A stretch of DNA of 64,000 nucleotides from Nocardioides sp. (GCA_036265495.1 DATAOY010000087.1:3427-67426); one strand, 5' to 3'. Counted from the stretch's first letter, positions 17,953-28,218 are shown. Numbers and translations are program-made. The notes: a model not told the origin generated them from the letters alone.

Positions 17953-19407
17953 GTGACCACCTTCCGCGAGCTCGGCGTGCTGCCCGAGATCTGCGACGCG
18001 CTCGAGCGCGCCGGCATCACCACCCCCTTCGCCATCCAGGAGATGACCCTGTCGGTCGCCCTGCTCGGCACCGACCTGATCGGCCAGGCCCGCACGGGCA
18101 CCGGCAAGACGCTCGCCTTCGGCATCCCGGTGCTGCAGCGCAGCGTCGTACCGACCGACCCCGCGTACGCCGACCTGCCGCAGGGCAAGCCGCAGGCCCT
18201 GATCGTCGCCCCGACCCGAGAGCTCGCGCTCCAGGTCAGCGGCGACCTCGCCCTGGCGAGCAAGGACCTCGGCCTCCGGGTCCTGACCGTCTACGGCGGT
18301 GTCGCCTACGAGCCGCAGCTCGATGCGCTCAGCACCGGCGTCGACATCGTCGTGGGCACCCCCGGGCGCCTGATCGACCTGTGCAACCGCCGCGCCCTCG
18401 ACATCTCCCACGTGCACGCGCTGGTGCTCGACGAGGCCGACGAGATGCTCGACCTCGGCTTCCTGCCCGACGTCGAGAAGCTGCTGTCCATGACGCCCGA
18501 GACCCGGCAGACCATGCTGTTCTCGGCGACGATGCCCGCGGCGATCGTCTCCCTGGCCCGCACCCACATGCGGCACCCGATGAACATCCGGGCCGAGTCG
18601 TCGTACGACACCCAGCTGGTGCCGGCGACCGCACAGTTCATCTACCAGGCCCACGACCTCGACAAGCCGGAGATCATCGGCCGCATCCTGCAGGCCGAGG
18701 ACGCCGAGAAGATCATCGTCTTCACCCGCACCAAGCGGCAGGCGCAGCGAGTGGCGGACGACCTGTCCGAGCGCGGCTTCCGCTCCTCGCCGCTGCACGG
18801 AGACATGGCGCAGATCGCCCGCGAGAAGGCGCTGACCAAGTTCCGGGACGGCAAGCTCCGGGTCCTCGTCGCCACCGACGTCGCCGCCCGCGGCATCGAC
18901 GTCCAGGGCATCTCGCACGTGATCAACTACACCTGCCCCGAGGACGAGAAGACCTACATCCACCGGATCGGCCGCACCGGTCGCGCCGGTGCCTCCGGCA
19001 TCGCGGTCACCTTCGTCGACTGGGCGGACCTGCACCGCTGGAAGATGATCAACAAGGCGCTCGACCTGCCGTTCGACGAGCCGCAGGAGACCTACTCCAC
19101 CTCCGAGCACCTCTTCCACGACCTCGGCATCCCGGCCGGCACCAAGGGTCGGATCGTGCCAGCGAGCCCGGAGCCGGAGAGGCGCCCGAGCGGCGAGTCC
19201 GACCGCCCTCGTCGCGAGCGCGCCCCGCGCGCCACGACGCGGCAGCGCACCCGCACCCGCAACGGCGAGAAGGTCCGCGCCGCGAGCGGCGACACGGCGA
19301 GCGCACCCGCCGAGCAGACCGCCGCTGCCGAACGTCCCGCGGGCCAGTCCCGCACCCGCCGGCGTCGCCGCCGCAGCTCCGGCTCGGGCACCACCCCTCG
19401 GGCCTGA
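17953..19407 (+). CDS. DEAD-box RNA helicase
   Basis: ARTGTGKT, PTRELA, TPGR, DEAD, SAT and HRIGRTGR motifs, with an Arg-rich tail. Confidence 0.97.
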   Translation: MTTFRELGVLPEICDALERAGITTPFAIQEMTLSVALLGTDLIGQARTGTGKTLAFGIPVLQRSVVPTDPAYADLPQGKPQALIVAPTRELALQVSGDLALASKDLGLRVLTVYGGVAYEPQLDALSTGVDIVVGTPGRLIDLCNRRALDISHVHALVLDEADEMLDLGFLPDVEKLLSMTPETRQTMLFSATMPAAIVSLARTHMRHPMNIRAESSYDTQLVPATAQFIYQAHDLDKPEIIGRILQAEDAEKIIVFTRTKRQAQRVADDLSERGFRSSPLHGDMAQIAREKALTKFRDGKLRVLVATDVAARGIDVQGISHVINYTCPEDEKTYIHRIGRTGRAGASGIAVTFVDWADLHRWKMINKALDLPFDEPQETYSTSEHLFHDLGIPAGTKGRIVPASPEPERRPSGESDRPRRERAPRATTRQRTRTRNGEKVRAASGDTASAPAEQTAAAERPAGQSRTRRRRRRSSGSGTTPRA

Positions 19408-19411
19408 CCGC

Positions 19412-19439
19412 GGACCCGGCGGACTCGTCAGTCGGGTCC
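19412..19439. terminator. Stem-loop between convergent genes
   Basis: GGACCCGGC...GTCGGGTCC with one G-U pair. Confidence 0.45.
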
Positions 19440-19459
19440 AGGTGGGCACCAGGGCTCGG

Positions 19460-20149
19460 TCAGGCGACGACGACGACCTTGGTGCCGATCGGGGCGAAGT
19501 TCCACAGGGCGATCGCGTCCGGCATGTTCTGCCGGATGCAGCCGTGCGACTGGGGCGTGCCCAGCTGGGCCTTGGTCTGCAACGGGACGCCGTTCTTCGA
19601 CGGGATCGAGTGGAAGCCGATCGCCGAGCCGGTCGGACCACGGGTGAACCGCACGAAGTACTGCATGACACCGGAGTCGTCGACCCCCACCGCCCAGCGC
19701 GACTTCGAGTACACCGAGTAGGTGCCCGGCTCGAGGTTGTGGGTCACGCTGCCCGAGACCAGGTAGGTGCGTTGCACGTCGTCGGGACGCTGCCCCAGCA
19801 GCCAGACCCGCTGGAGGCTCTGGCTGAAGACGATCCGTCGGCCCGAGCCGCTGTCGGGCGGGATCGCGGTCTGTGACGCCACGTCCGGGGACGAGCTGTC
19901 CGGCGCCGAGACCGCGTTCAGCGAAGGGGGGCCCGTCGTCGCGCTGCTCGAGGCGTCCACCCGTGGCACCTGCGTGGCCGGCGTGCCCTGCGTGTACGAC
20001 GCGGGCTTGGCCGCCGCACCGGCCGTCGCCGAGCCGCTGGCGAGGACGCCCATGCCGGCCAGCGCCGCCACCGCGGTGATGGTGAGCGAGGTCGCGAGCA
20101 CCGCGATCCGTCCGTAGCGGGGCCGCACCTCGCGGCGGTGGCTGCTCAC
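19460..20149 (-). CDS. L,D-transpeptidase (YkuD domain)
   Basis: N-terminal TM and IGFHS...SHGCIR catalytic His/Cys. Confidence 0.9.
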   Translation of the reverse strand: MSSHRREVRPRYGRIAVLATSLTITAVAALAGMGVLASGSATAGAAAKPASYTQGTPATQVPRVDASSSATTGPPSLNAVSAPDSSSPDVASQTAIPPDSGSGRRIVFSQSLQRVWLLGQRPDDVQRTYLVSGSVTHNLEPGTYSVYSKSRWAVGVDDSGVMQYFVRFTRGPTGSAIGFHSIPSKNGVPLQTKAQLGTPQSHGCIRQNMPDAIALWNFAPIGTKVVVVA

Positions 20150-20961
20150 GACCGGGCCTTCGCCCCGCTGCGCTCCAGCAGGTTCACCGCGACCTCACGA
20201 TAGGCCTGCGCGCCCTTGCTGCTGCGACTGGTCGCGAGGATCGACCGACCGGCCGCCGGCGCCTCGGCGAACTTGATCGTCTTCGGGATCGGCGGCTCGA
20301 TCACGTCGAGGTCGTAGGTGTCGGAGATCGTCTCGAGCACCCTGCGCGCGTGGTTGGTGCGCCCGTCGTACAACGTCGGCAGGACGCCCCACACCTCGAG
20401 GTCGCGGTTGGTGAACCGGCGTACGTCGTGCACGGTGTCGAGCAGCTGTCCCACGCCACGGTGCGAGAGCGTCTCGCACTGCAGCGGGATGAGCACGCCC
20501 TCGGCGGCGGTGAGCGCCGCGACCGTCATCAGGCCCAGGGACGGCGGGCAGTCGAGCAGCACCCAGTCGTACCCGTGCCCGTCCGGGTGCTCGGCCAGGT
20601 CGTCGAGCGCACCCCGGAGCACGTGCTCGCGACCCGTACGGGTCAGCAGGTCCGCCTCGGCTCGCGCCAGCTCGATCGTGGCCGGGAGCAGGTCGACGCC
20701 GTCGTCGGTCTCGATGATCACCTCGGACGTGTGGAGCCCCTTGGTCAGCACGTGGTGCACCGAGAGCTCGAGATCCTCCGGGTCGATGCCCAGCGAGAAC
20801 GTCAGGCACGCCTGCGGGTCCAGGTCGACCAGCAGCACCGACTGCCCCAGCTCGGCCAGTGCCGCCCCGATGGACGCGACCGAGGTCGTCTTGGCGACGC
20901 CGCCCTTCTGGTTGGCGACCGCCACGGTGATCGGCGCAACGCGTGCGGGTGTGGTGGACAT
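20146..20961 (-). CDS. ParA/Soj-family ATPase
   Basis: NQKGGVAKTT, DLDPQ and DCPPSLG motifs. Confidence 0.95.
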   Translation of the reverse strand: MSTTPARVAPITVAVANQKGGVAKTTSVASIGAALAELGQSVLLVDLDPQACLTFSLGIDPEDLELSVHHVLTKGLHTSEVIIETDDGVDLLPATIELARAEADLLTRTGREHVLRGALDDLAEHPDGHGYDWVLLDCPPSLGLMTVAALTAAEGVLIPLQCETLSHRGVGQLLDTVHDVRRFTNRDLEVWGVLPTLYDGRTNHARRVLETISDTYDLDVIEPPIPKTIKFAEAPAAGRSILATSRSSKGAQAYREVAVNLLERSGAKARS

Positions 20962-21023
20962 CGCCTCCCATCATGCACGACCGGCCTTGCCCGGAGGGCG
21001 CATACGCGGGTTGGCTTTGGGGC

Positions 21024-21812
21024 ATGTCTCTGACCGGCTCCGCACCAGGTTCCCGCCCGCTCGCGCTGGTGACCGGCCCGACGTCCGGCCTCGGGCGCGT
21101 CTTCGCCGACCGGCTGGCCCGGCGCGGTCACGACGTGGTGCTGGTCGCCCGGGACGAGGCGCGGCTCGAGACGGTCGCCGACGAGCTCGCCACGACGTAC
21201 GGCGTGACCTGCGAGGTGCTGGTCGCGGACCTGGCCGACCGCGACCAGCTGAAGCTCGTCGAGGACCGCGCGGCCGACCTCGAGCACCCGGTCGACCTGC
21301 TCGTCAACAACGCGGGCTTCGGGCTCCGGCAGAAGTTCCTGCAGAACACCGTCGAGCAGGAGCAGGCCCTCCTCGACGTCCTGGTGACCGCGCCGATGCG
21401 GCTCACCCACGCCGCGCTCCGACAGATGACCCAGCGCCACACCGGCGGGATCATCAACGTCTCCAGCGTCGCCGGCACCCAGCCGCGCGGGTCGTACAGC
21501 GCCGCCAAGGCCTACGTCAACCGCCTGGGCGAGTGGGCCGCGCACGAGTACGCCAAGGACGGCGTCCACGTGATGACCGTGCTCCCGGGCTTCACCCGCA
21601 CCGAGTTCCACGCGCGGATGGAGGTCGGCCGCGACGCCGTCCCGAAGCTGCTCTGGCTCGACGTCGACCGCGTGGTCGACGAGGCACTGGCGGACTTCGA
21701 CGCCGGCAAGCGGGTGTCGATCCCGAGCAAGCGCTACAAGGTGATCGCCACCGCCGGCAAGCACCTCCCGGTGCGGCTGCTCCAGCGCTTCCAGTCCCTC
21801 GGCCGCCGATAG
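21024..21812 (+). CDS. SDR-family oxidoreductase
   Basis: TGPTSGLG, NNAG and YSAAK motifs. Confidence 0.93.
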   Translation: MSLTGSAPGSRPLALVTGPTSGLGRVFADRLARRGHDVVLVARDEARLETVADELATTYGVTCEVLVADLADRDQLKLVEDRAADLEHPVDLLVNNAGFGLRQKFLQNTVEQEQALLDVLVTAPMRLTHAALRQMTQRHTGGIINVSSVAGTQPRGSYSAAKAYVNRLGEWAAHEYAKDGVHVMTVLPGFTRTEFHARMEVGRDAVPKLLWLDVDRVVDEALADFDAGKRVSIPSKRYKVIATAGKHLPVRLLQRFQSLGRR

Positions 21813-21824
21813 CCGGGACGGCCG

Positions 21825-22469
21825 TCACCACACGGGCGACGGACCCCCGAACGCCATCTCCACCAGTGGCGGGCCGATGCCCGACACGTCGCGCAGGATC
21901 CACTCGTCGCGCAGCAGGAGGATCGCCGAGGCCGGTCGGAGCACGACCCACAGCCACCTGCCGCCGGCCTCCCCGGCCACGACCGACCGGTCCAGCTCGC
22001 CGTCGGAGGTGGCGGTCGACACCGCCCACAGCGGCACCGGCTGGCTGCCTATTCGCACCCGCACCATGGGTGGCCCGAGCCCGATCTCGGGCCCCGCGTC
22101 GAGATGGGTCGTGCCGGCACACCGGGCACCCAGCCCCGTGCCCGACTCCTCGCTGACCACGAACACGTCCACCGGACCGTCCAGGGCGCTGGTCCCCGAG
22201 CTGCAGGTCATCGTCGCCAACGCGTCCCGCTCGCCCACGACCGCGAAGTCGCTGACCGTCCAGCCCGGGCTCATCGGCCACGGCAGGTACGTCGGGAAGT
22301 CGCCGGCCGCGGACAGCACCTCCACGAAGCCGTCGTACGTCGCCTGGTCGGGCCGCCTCAGCACTGGCGTCGGTCCGTGCTCAGGGCAGATCCAGCCGTC
22401 CCCATGCGCGTCGACGGCCGACTCCCCGAGCGGGGCGGGGCAGCGCGGACACTCGGTCCGGAGCGGCAT
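21825..22469 (-). CDS. Conserved actinobacterial protein (DUF6758-like)
   Basis: N-terminal CPRC...CPEHG, LPWPM, EESGTGLGAR and GEAGGRWLW. Confidence 0.75.
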   Translation of the reverse strand: MPLRTECPRCPAPLGESAVDAHGDGWICPEHGPTPVLRRPDQATYDGFVEVLSAAGDFPTYLPWPMSPGWTVSDFAVVGERDALATMTCSSGTSALDGPVDVFVVSEESGTGLGARCAGTTHLDAGPEIGLGPPMVRVRIGSQPVPLWAVSTATSDGELDRSVVAGEAGGRWLWVVLRPASAILLLRDEWILRDVSGIGPPLVEMAFGGPSPVW

Positions 22470-22525
22470 GGGTCCACGGTCCCGACGCCGCGGCCCGTGG
22501 TCAAGGGTCGTCGGCACTCGCCCGG

Positions 22526-23098
22526 TCAGGAGTTCCAGCGCAGCACGACCGGCGTCTCGCGCTCCCACCCGAGCACGGACACGGTCGCGGTGTCGAGGCG
22601 GAGATGGCGGCCGTCGGAGACCGGAAGCTCGAGCCAGCGCGCCGCCAGGGCTCGCAGGCTGTGCCCGTGCCCGAAGACGAGCACCCGGCCGCTGGCGGAC
22701 CGGCAGCGTGCCACCACCCGGTCCAGCCTCGCCGAGATCTGCCCGGCGTCCTCGCCGCCGGGCACCGGTCCCTGCCAGATGGTCCAGCCCGGATACGTCT
22801 CGCGGATCTGCTCGGAGGTGCGGCCCTCCAGGTCGCCGTAGTCCCACTCGGCCAGGTCGTCGTCGAGCTCGGCCTCCGGATGACCCGCGAGGCGCGCGGT
22901 CTCCCGCGCCCGCTGCCGTGGGGAGCAGAGCACGAGCGAGAACCCACTCGGGTGGTGCGGATCGTCCAGCCGGTCACGAAGACCCTCGGCCACCCGGCGT
23001 CCCTCGCCGGTCAGCGGCAGATCGGTGGTCGAGGTGTGCCGGCCGTCGCGGCTCCACTCGGTCTCGCCGTGCCGCACCAGCCACACCTCGTCAGCCAT
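22526..23098 (-). CDS. Histidine phosphatase family protein
   Basis: RHGETEWS, SPRQRA, EWDYG and HGH motifs. Confidence 0.93.
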   Translation of the reverse strand: MADEVWLVRHGETEWSRDGRHTSTTDLPLTGEGRRVAEGLRDRLDDPHHPSGFSLVLCSPRQRARETARLAGHPEAELDDDLAEWDYGDLEGRTSEQIRETYPGWTIWQGPVPGGEDAGQISARLDRVVARCRSASGRVLVFGHGHSLRALAARWLELPVSDGRHLRLDTATVSVLGWERETPVVLRWNS

Positions 23099-24155
23099 GG
23101 GCGTCATCGTGCCAGTCGGCGTCTGCGGGGCTCGCCGTACCGAGGATCCTGGCGAGCAGCTGCTGCCGGTTCCGCGCACCCGTGCGCCCCAGCACCGCCT
23201 TCACGTGGTCGTTCACGTTGTGCTCGGACAGGTGAAGCCGGCGCGCGATCTCCGGCGAGGTGAGGCCGGCGGCGAGCACCCCGAGCACCTCGGTCTCGCG
23301 GTCCGAGAGACCGGCGCTGCGCGCGACGAGGTCAGCGCGTTCGGCCGCGGTGCTCGGCTCGATCGACACCGCGACGTCGTCCCCGAGCCGCGAGGCCCGG
23401 ACGGTGACCCACCGGCTGCCACCGAGGTGCACGCGAGCCCAGGGCTCACCGACCGGGATGCCCGCCTCCAGAGCCATCAGGGCGGCACCGACGTTGTACG
23501 CCGATGCCGGGATCGGCGCCATCGGCTCGTCCGGAGGGTTGAGCCGGAGCAGCGCCTCGGCGGCGGCGTCGGTCTGCGAGCGCACGGCGAGCCCGCGGTC
23601 GAGGACGACGACGGCCGGCCCGACGGACGGCAGGTCCCCACCGGGGTCGGTGAAGGTGCGCGCCACGGCCGCCCGCAGGCCACCGGTCACGGCGGGCACG
23701 ATCGAGGTCAGCAGGTCCAGCTCGGGATCGGTGAAGGGAGTCGTCAGCCGCCACAGCTCCAGGAAGCCCCAGACCCCGTGCCGGTCTGCGAAGGAGACGG
23801 AGGCCGTGTCGACCACGCCCAGATCGCGCTGCACGTGCCGCCATACCAGGGACTCCTCCGGTGAGGTCGTCGCCCCGAGCAGCGACCGAGCCCCGGCACC
23901 GAGCAGCGCGTCGACCCGGTTCACCGTCGTCAGGTAGCGCCACCGCACGAGCTCGGGCAGTCGCGGCCACGGCAGGCCGGGTACCTCCGCGAGCGGTGAG
24001 GTGTAGACGCGGGTGACCGGGTCGCAGAGGCCGAACACGTGTCCGTCAAGGTCGACACGCTCGCGCAGCCGTGCGAGCACCTCCTCGCGCAGACGCTTGG
24101 CGGGGACCGGGCGTCGACACACGGCCTCGACCCGCGCCAGCCAGTCCCCGCTCAC
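23091..24155 (-). CDS. LuxR-family HTH regulator with N-terminal sensory domain
   Basis: C-terminal LSDRETEV...IARRLHLSEHNVNDHVK. Confidence 0.88.
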   Translation of the reverse strand: MSGDWLARVEAVCRRPVPAKRLREEVLARLRERVDLDGHVFGLCDPVTRVYTSPLAEVPGLPWPRLPELVRWRYLTTVNRVDALLGAGARSLLGATTSPEESLVWRHVQRDLGVVDTASVSFADRHGVWGFLELWRLTTPFTDPELDLLTSIVPAVTGGLRAAVARTFTDPGGDLPSVGPAVVVLDRGLAVRSQTDAAAEALLRLNPPDEPMAPIPASAYNVGAALMALEAGIPVGEPWARVHLGGSRWVTVRASRLGDDVAVSIEPSTAAERADLVARSAGLSDRETEVLGVLAAGLTSPEIARRLHLSEHNVNDHVKAVLGRTGARNRQQLLARILGTASPADADWHDDAHG

Positions 24156-24169
24156 CGCGTCAGGGTAGA

Positions 24170-24187
24170 ACCCCCAGGATCGGGGGT
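24170..24187. promoter_or_regulatory. Palindromic candidate operator ACCCCC-N6-GGGGGT
   Basis: Lies between the LuxR gene and its divergent neighbour. Confidence 0.45.
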
Positions 24188-24259
24188 GGGCAGACCGCGG
24201 CTCACGGCGAAGGCTCGCCGTACCCGGCCCGATCGACGGGCCCGAGACGGGAGGCCACG

Positions 24260-24556
24260 ATGGCCACGCTCCAGATCCTCAACGAGGTTCGCGACTTCGA
24301 CACCTGGAAGGCGGCTTTCGACAGCTACGAGCGCCTCCGCGCGGACCACGGCGTACGCCGGTACCGCGTCCTGCGCTCGGTCGCCGAACCCGACCGTGTC
24401 ACGGTCCAGCTCGACTTCGACTCCGACGACGAGGCCGCCGCGTTCCTGCCCCGGCTCGAGCGCATCTGGGCCTCCCCGCGGTCGCAGGCGCAGCTCGTCG
24501 GGCACGCGCCACCGGAGCTGTTGACCCTGGTCACCGACCGCGCACCCGAGAGCTGA
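24260..24556 (+). CDS. Small hypothetical protein (dimeric alpha/beta barrel-like)
   Basis: VRDFDTWKAAFD pattern and a GGGAGG RBS. Confidence 0.75.
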   Translation: MATLQILNEVRDFDTWKAAFDSYERLRADHGVRRYRVLRSVAEPDRVTVQLDFDSDDEAAAFLPRLERIWASPRSQAQLVGHAPPELLTLVTDRAPES

Positions 24557-24605
24557 GCGGGACGTCGTCCGCCCGGCTCGCGGCCGACGTGCCACGATGC
24601 CGCCC

Positions 24606-25772
24606 ATGGCGACGACCCCCGAGCTCGCGGCACCCGCTCACGCGCGGGCCCGACTCGCGGCCGCGGCCGGGTTCTTCACCCAGGGCTTCGTCTTCATCAG
24701 CCTCACCACGCGGCTGCCCAAGGTGCAGGACCACTGGGACTACAGCGACACCACCCTCTCGCTGCTCCTGCTGATGATGGTGCTGCTGGCCGGTCTCGGC
24801 AGCGTGCTCGCGGAGACGGCGTGCCAGCGCATCGACAGCGCGACGATCCTGCGCGCCGGGCTCCTCGGGATCGCGGTCGCGGTCCCGGTCTTCGCCGTGG
24901 CCCCTGACCGCGCCGTCTTCATGGCCTCGATGGCGGTGTACGGCGTCTCGCTCGGTGCCGTGGACGCCACCACGAACATGCAGGCGGTGGCGCTCGAGCA
25001 CCTCTACGGCCGGCCGATCCTCCCGTCGTTCCACGGCGCCTGGACCCTCGGCGGGTTCCTCGGCTCGGCCGTGGCGCTGGCCATGGGCCACCTGCCGATC
25101 TCCGCCACCGCCGTGGTCGCCGTGCTCCCGCTCGCGGTCGCCTTCGCGCCGTTCCTCCGGCGCGCCGAGCAGTCGGTCGTGGCGGCTCCTCGGATTCACG
25201 TCCCGTGGCGGCCGATCGTGCTGGTCGGGCTCGCGATGGTGCTCTTCTACATGGTCGACACGGCGGCGTTCACCTGGGGTCCGCAGTACCTCGACAAGGT
25301 CTTCCCCACCCCGTCGGGCCTGGTCGCGCTGGCGGTCTTCCCCTACCTGCTGGCCAGCGGCACGGTTCGCCTGTCGGGTGACGCCCTCGTCGCCCGGTAC
25401 GGCGCCGTCCCGGTGCTGCGTGTCGGCGCGGTCGTCGCCTGCGCAGGTCTCGCGATCACCGTGTTCGCACCGGTCTGGCCGGTCGCCGTCCTCGGGTTCC
25501 TGGTCACCGGCGGTGGGGTGGCCGTCGTGGCGCCGCTCAGCTTCTCGGCGGCGGCGCGGATCGCCGGGGAGGACGAGGCCGACCCGGTGCTGCGGCATCT
25601 GCGCGTCGACGCGGTGATCGGCCGGTTCAATCAGTTCAACTACGCCGGCGCGCTGCTCGGCGCGGTGATGACCGGACTGGTCGGTGCCGGCAACCTCCGG
25701 CTCGGGTTCGCGGTGCCGATGGTGCTGGTGCTGGGCATCCTGCCGCTGGCCCGCGCCTTCGCCCCCCGCTGA
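24606..25772 (+). CDS. MFS transporter
   Basis: About 12 TMs, DATTNMQAV and SFHGAW motifs. Confidence 0.9.
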   Translation: MATTPELAAPAHARARLAAAAGFFTQGFVFISLTTRLPKVQDHWDYSDTTLSLLLLMMVLLAGLGSVLAETACQRIDSATILRAGLLGIAVAVPVFAVAPDRAVFMASMAVYGVSLGAVDATTNMQAVALEHLYGRPILPSFHGAWTLGGFLGSAVALAMGHLPISATAVVAVLPLAVAFAPFLRRAEQSVVAAPRIHVPWRPIVLVGLAMVLFYMVDTAAFTWGPQYLDKVFPTPSGLVALAVFPYLLASGTVRLSGDALVARYGAVPVLRVGAVVACAGLAITVFAPVWPVAVLGFLVTGGGVAVVAPLSFSAAARIAGEDEADPVLRHLRVDAVIGRFNQFNYAGALLGAVMTGLVGAGNLRLGFAVPMVLVLGILPLARAFAPR

Positions 25773-25799
25773 GGCGTCGGGTCGTCGTTCCGTCGACCT

Positions 25800-26333
25800 T
25801 CAGGAAGTGGGTGGGCCCGGCCAGCTCCGATCGGGCTGCGGCACGGGCCGGCCCGGCTGCTCGCCGCCGCGCGCATCCAGGTAGCTCTGCTTGGGCACCA
25901 TCACCTTGCGGCGGAAGATGCACACCACCTTCCCGTCCTGGTTGTATCCGATGGTCTCCACGTGGACGACGCCGCGGTCGTCCTTGGACGCCGACTCCCG
26001 CTTGTCGAGCACCGTCGACTCGGCATACAGGGTGTCACCGTGGAACGTCGGTGCGACGTGCCGCAGCGACTCCACCTCGAGGTTGGCGATGGCCTTCCCG
26101 GAGATGTCCGGCACGCTCATCCCCAGCACCAGCGAGTAGACGTAGTTGCCGACCACCACGTTCCTCCCGAACTGGGTCGTCTCGCCCGCGTAGTGGGCAT
26201 CGAGGTGGAGCGGGTGGTGGTTCATGGTGAGCAGGCAGAACAGGTGGTCGTCGTACTCGGTGACCGTCTTGCCGGGCCAGTGCCGGTACGTCGCGCCGAC
26301 CTCGAACTCCTCGTAGCTGCGGCCGAACTGCAT
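25800..26333 (-). CDS. MaoC-family dehydratase (mesaconyl-CoA hydratase-like)
   Basis: MQFGRSYEEF, TMNHHPLHLD and PTFHGDT motifs. Confidence 0.9.
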   Translation of the reverse strand: MQFGRSYEEFEVGATYRHWPGKTVTEYDDHLFCLLTMNHHPLHLDAHYAGETTQFGRNVVVGNYVYSLVLGMSVPDISGKAIANLEVESLRHVAPTFHGDTLYAESTVLDKRESASKDDRGVVHVETIGYNQDGKVVCIFRRKVMVPKQSYLDARGGEQPGRPVPQPDRSWPGPPTS

Positions 26334-26487
26334 GGGCAGCATCCTGCCGCAGGCACCGGTCCCACTGGACGGAGCCCGTCGTGGGAAACCTCACCACGCC
26401 GGTCGCCACGGTCCCCGGGACCGCACCACGGCCGGTCTAGATCGCTCTGCAGCCGTCCCCGGCCCGCGGATGGGGCACGATGACACG

Positions 26488-27345
26488 ATGGACGTCCTCT
26501 GCTCCGGATTCGGTCTGGTGGAGTCACCCCGGTGGCACGACGGACGGCTGTGGTTCAGCGACTGGACCGGCGGAAGGATCGTCGCGGTCGACGACTCCGG
26601 TGCCACGGAGGAGATCCTCGAGCACCGGTCACTTCCGATGTGCTTCGACTTCCTGCCCGACGGGCGGATGGTGCTGGTCTCCAACCAGGAGCGCGCCCTG
26701 CTCACGCTCGAGGCCGACGGTTCCCTCGCGCCGTACGCGGATCTCACCGGGATCTCGGACCTCGGCTGCAACGACATCGTCGTGGACCGACAGGGCCGGG
26801 CCTTCGTGAACAGCCCGCACTTCGACTTCGCCGCCGGCCCGCCACCGGGCGAGGTGCAGCCCGGCCGGGTCGGCGTCGTCTCGCCGGACGGCGCCGCGCG
26901 TGTGGTGGCCGAGGACTTCGCCTTCCCGAACGGCATGGCGATCACCGCCGACGAGCAGACCCTGGTCGTCGCGGACTCCTACCGCCACCACCTGGTCGGC
27001 CTCACCATCGCCGACGACGGGTCCCTGACCGACCGGCGCATCTGGGCCGACCTCGCCGAGGACAACCCGGACGGGATCTGCCTCGACTCCGGCGGCGCCG
27101 CCTGGTACGCCGACGTCCCGCACGAGCGCTGCGTCCGCGTCGCCGAGGGCGGCGAGGTGCTCCAGACGGTCGACCTCGACCGGGGCGGCTTCGCCTGCAT
27201 GCTCGGGGGCACGGACCCGGCGTACCTCTACGCCGTCACCGCGAACTGGCCCGGCGCGGAGGGACTGATGACGCACACCGACTGGGACGGCCAGGTGGTG
27301 CGGGTCCCGGTCGACGTCCCGGGAGCCGGCTGGCCGGCCCGCTGA
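26488..27345 (+). CDS. SMP-30/gluconolactonase family protein
   Basis: ESPRWH, CNDI, FPNG and PDGIC motifs. Confidence 0.92.
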   Translation: MDVLCSGFGLVESPRWHDGRLWFSDWTGGRIVAVDDSGATEEILEHRSLPMCFDFLPDGRMVLVSNQERALLTLEADGSLAPYADLTGISDLGCNDIVVDRQGRAFVNSPHFDFAAGPPPGEVQPGRVGVVSPDGAARVVAEDFAFPNGMAITADEQTLVVADSYRHHLVGLTIADDGSLTDRRIWADLAEDNPDGICLDSGGAAWYADVPHERCVRVAEGGEVLQTVDLDRGGFACMLGGTDPAYLYAVTANWPGAEGLMTHTDWDGQVVRVPVDVPGAGWPAR

Positions 27346-27352
27346 GGAGGTC

Positions 27353-28165
27353 TCAGCCGGTCCCCGCGCCGGGGGCGGCCGGCCCCGTCGTCCCGGCCGG
27401 CACGAGCACCCCGAGGAGCGGCGCCTGGGCGTCGTCGAGGTCCAGCGACCACTGCGAACCCTCGCCCGCGCTGACCACGGCGACCACCCGGTCCCGTGCC
27501 GTCCGCACCGCGCCGCGCAGGGCGGTCGCCCGCGACCGTTCGCCTTCCCCCGGCGCCGTCGACACCAGCTGCGACAGCTGGTCGTCCAGGCTGGTGACCC
27601 GGGCCGAGGCGACGTGCCAGCCGCCCGCCACGCCGGCGAGCGACCCGGAGCCGCGCAGCTGTGGGATCAGGTCGCGGGCGAACCAGCCGACCTCTCCCTC
27701 GGCGGCCGTGAGTCTCGCCGTCCAGGCGCGCCTGCTCCTGGCGCGCCGCATCAGGAACCAGGCGACCACGCCACCCGCGACCAGGACCACCAGCACCAGC
27801 CACCACCAGGCGTCGTTGCTGCCGGACTCCTCGCCGGTGGTGCTCCCCGACGGCGCCGTCGACTCGGTGGACGACGAGACGGGGGCGCTGGACCGCGGCG
27901 GCTCCCTGGTCGCCGGCGCGGACGTGGGCTCGGGCGCGGGCTCGGACGTCGGGCCGCGCGTCGGGCCGCGCGTCGGGCCGGCCTCCGACGACCCACCCGG
28001 CGTGTCCGGCTCGCGGGTCGCTGTCGGACGCTCGCGGGTCGGCGACGCAGTGATGCCCGGGCGATCGGCCGCCCCACTGCTCCCGCTGCCGCCGCAGGCG
28101 GTGAGGAACGCCAGCAGGAGGACTCCGAGCAGGGCGGAGCCTCGCGTGGAACGGCGGCGCATCAT
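27353..28165 (-). CDS. Hypothetical lipoprotein with Pro/Thr-rich linker and internal TM
   Basis: Lipobox LTAC, GPTR repeats and a WWWLVLVVLV helix. Confidence 0.7.
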   Translation of the reverse strand: MMRRRSTRGSALLGVLLLAFLTACGGSGSSGAADRPGITASPTRERPTATREPDTPGGSSEAGPTRGPTRGPTSEPAPEPTSAPATREPPRSSAPVSSSTESTAPSGSTTGEESGSNDAWWWLVLVVLVAGGVVAWFLMRRARSRRAWTARLTAAEGEVGWFARDLIPQLRGSGSLAGVAGGWHVASARVTSLDDQLSQLVSTAPGEGERSRATALRGAVRTARDRVVAVVSAGEGSQWSLDLDDAQAPLLGVLVPAGTTGPAAPGAGTG

Positions 28166-28218
28166 CGGGGACCTCGCTCGCGTGGGAGGAGGATCCACGA
28201 TCGTCCATGCGCCCGGGT

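Noticed and set aside
20146-20961. ParA as evidence of a plasmid or prophage
   Set aside because: No parB, integrase or GC shift. It lies in a block resembling the conserved mycobacterial moeZ-helicase-parA-phosphatase region.
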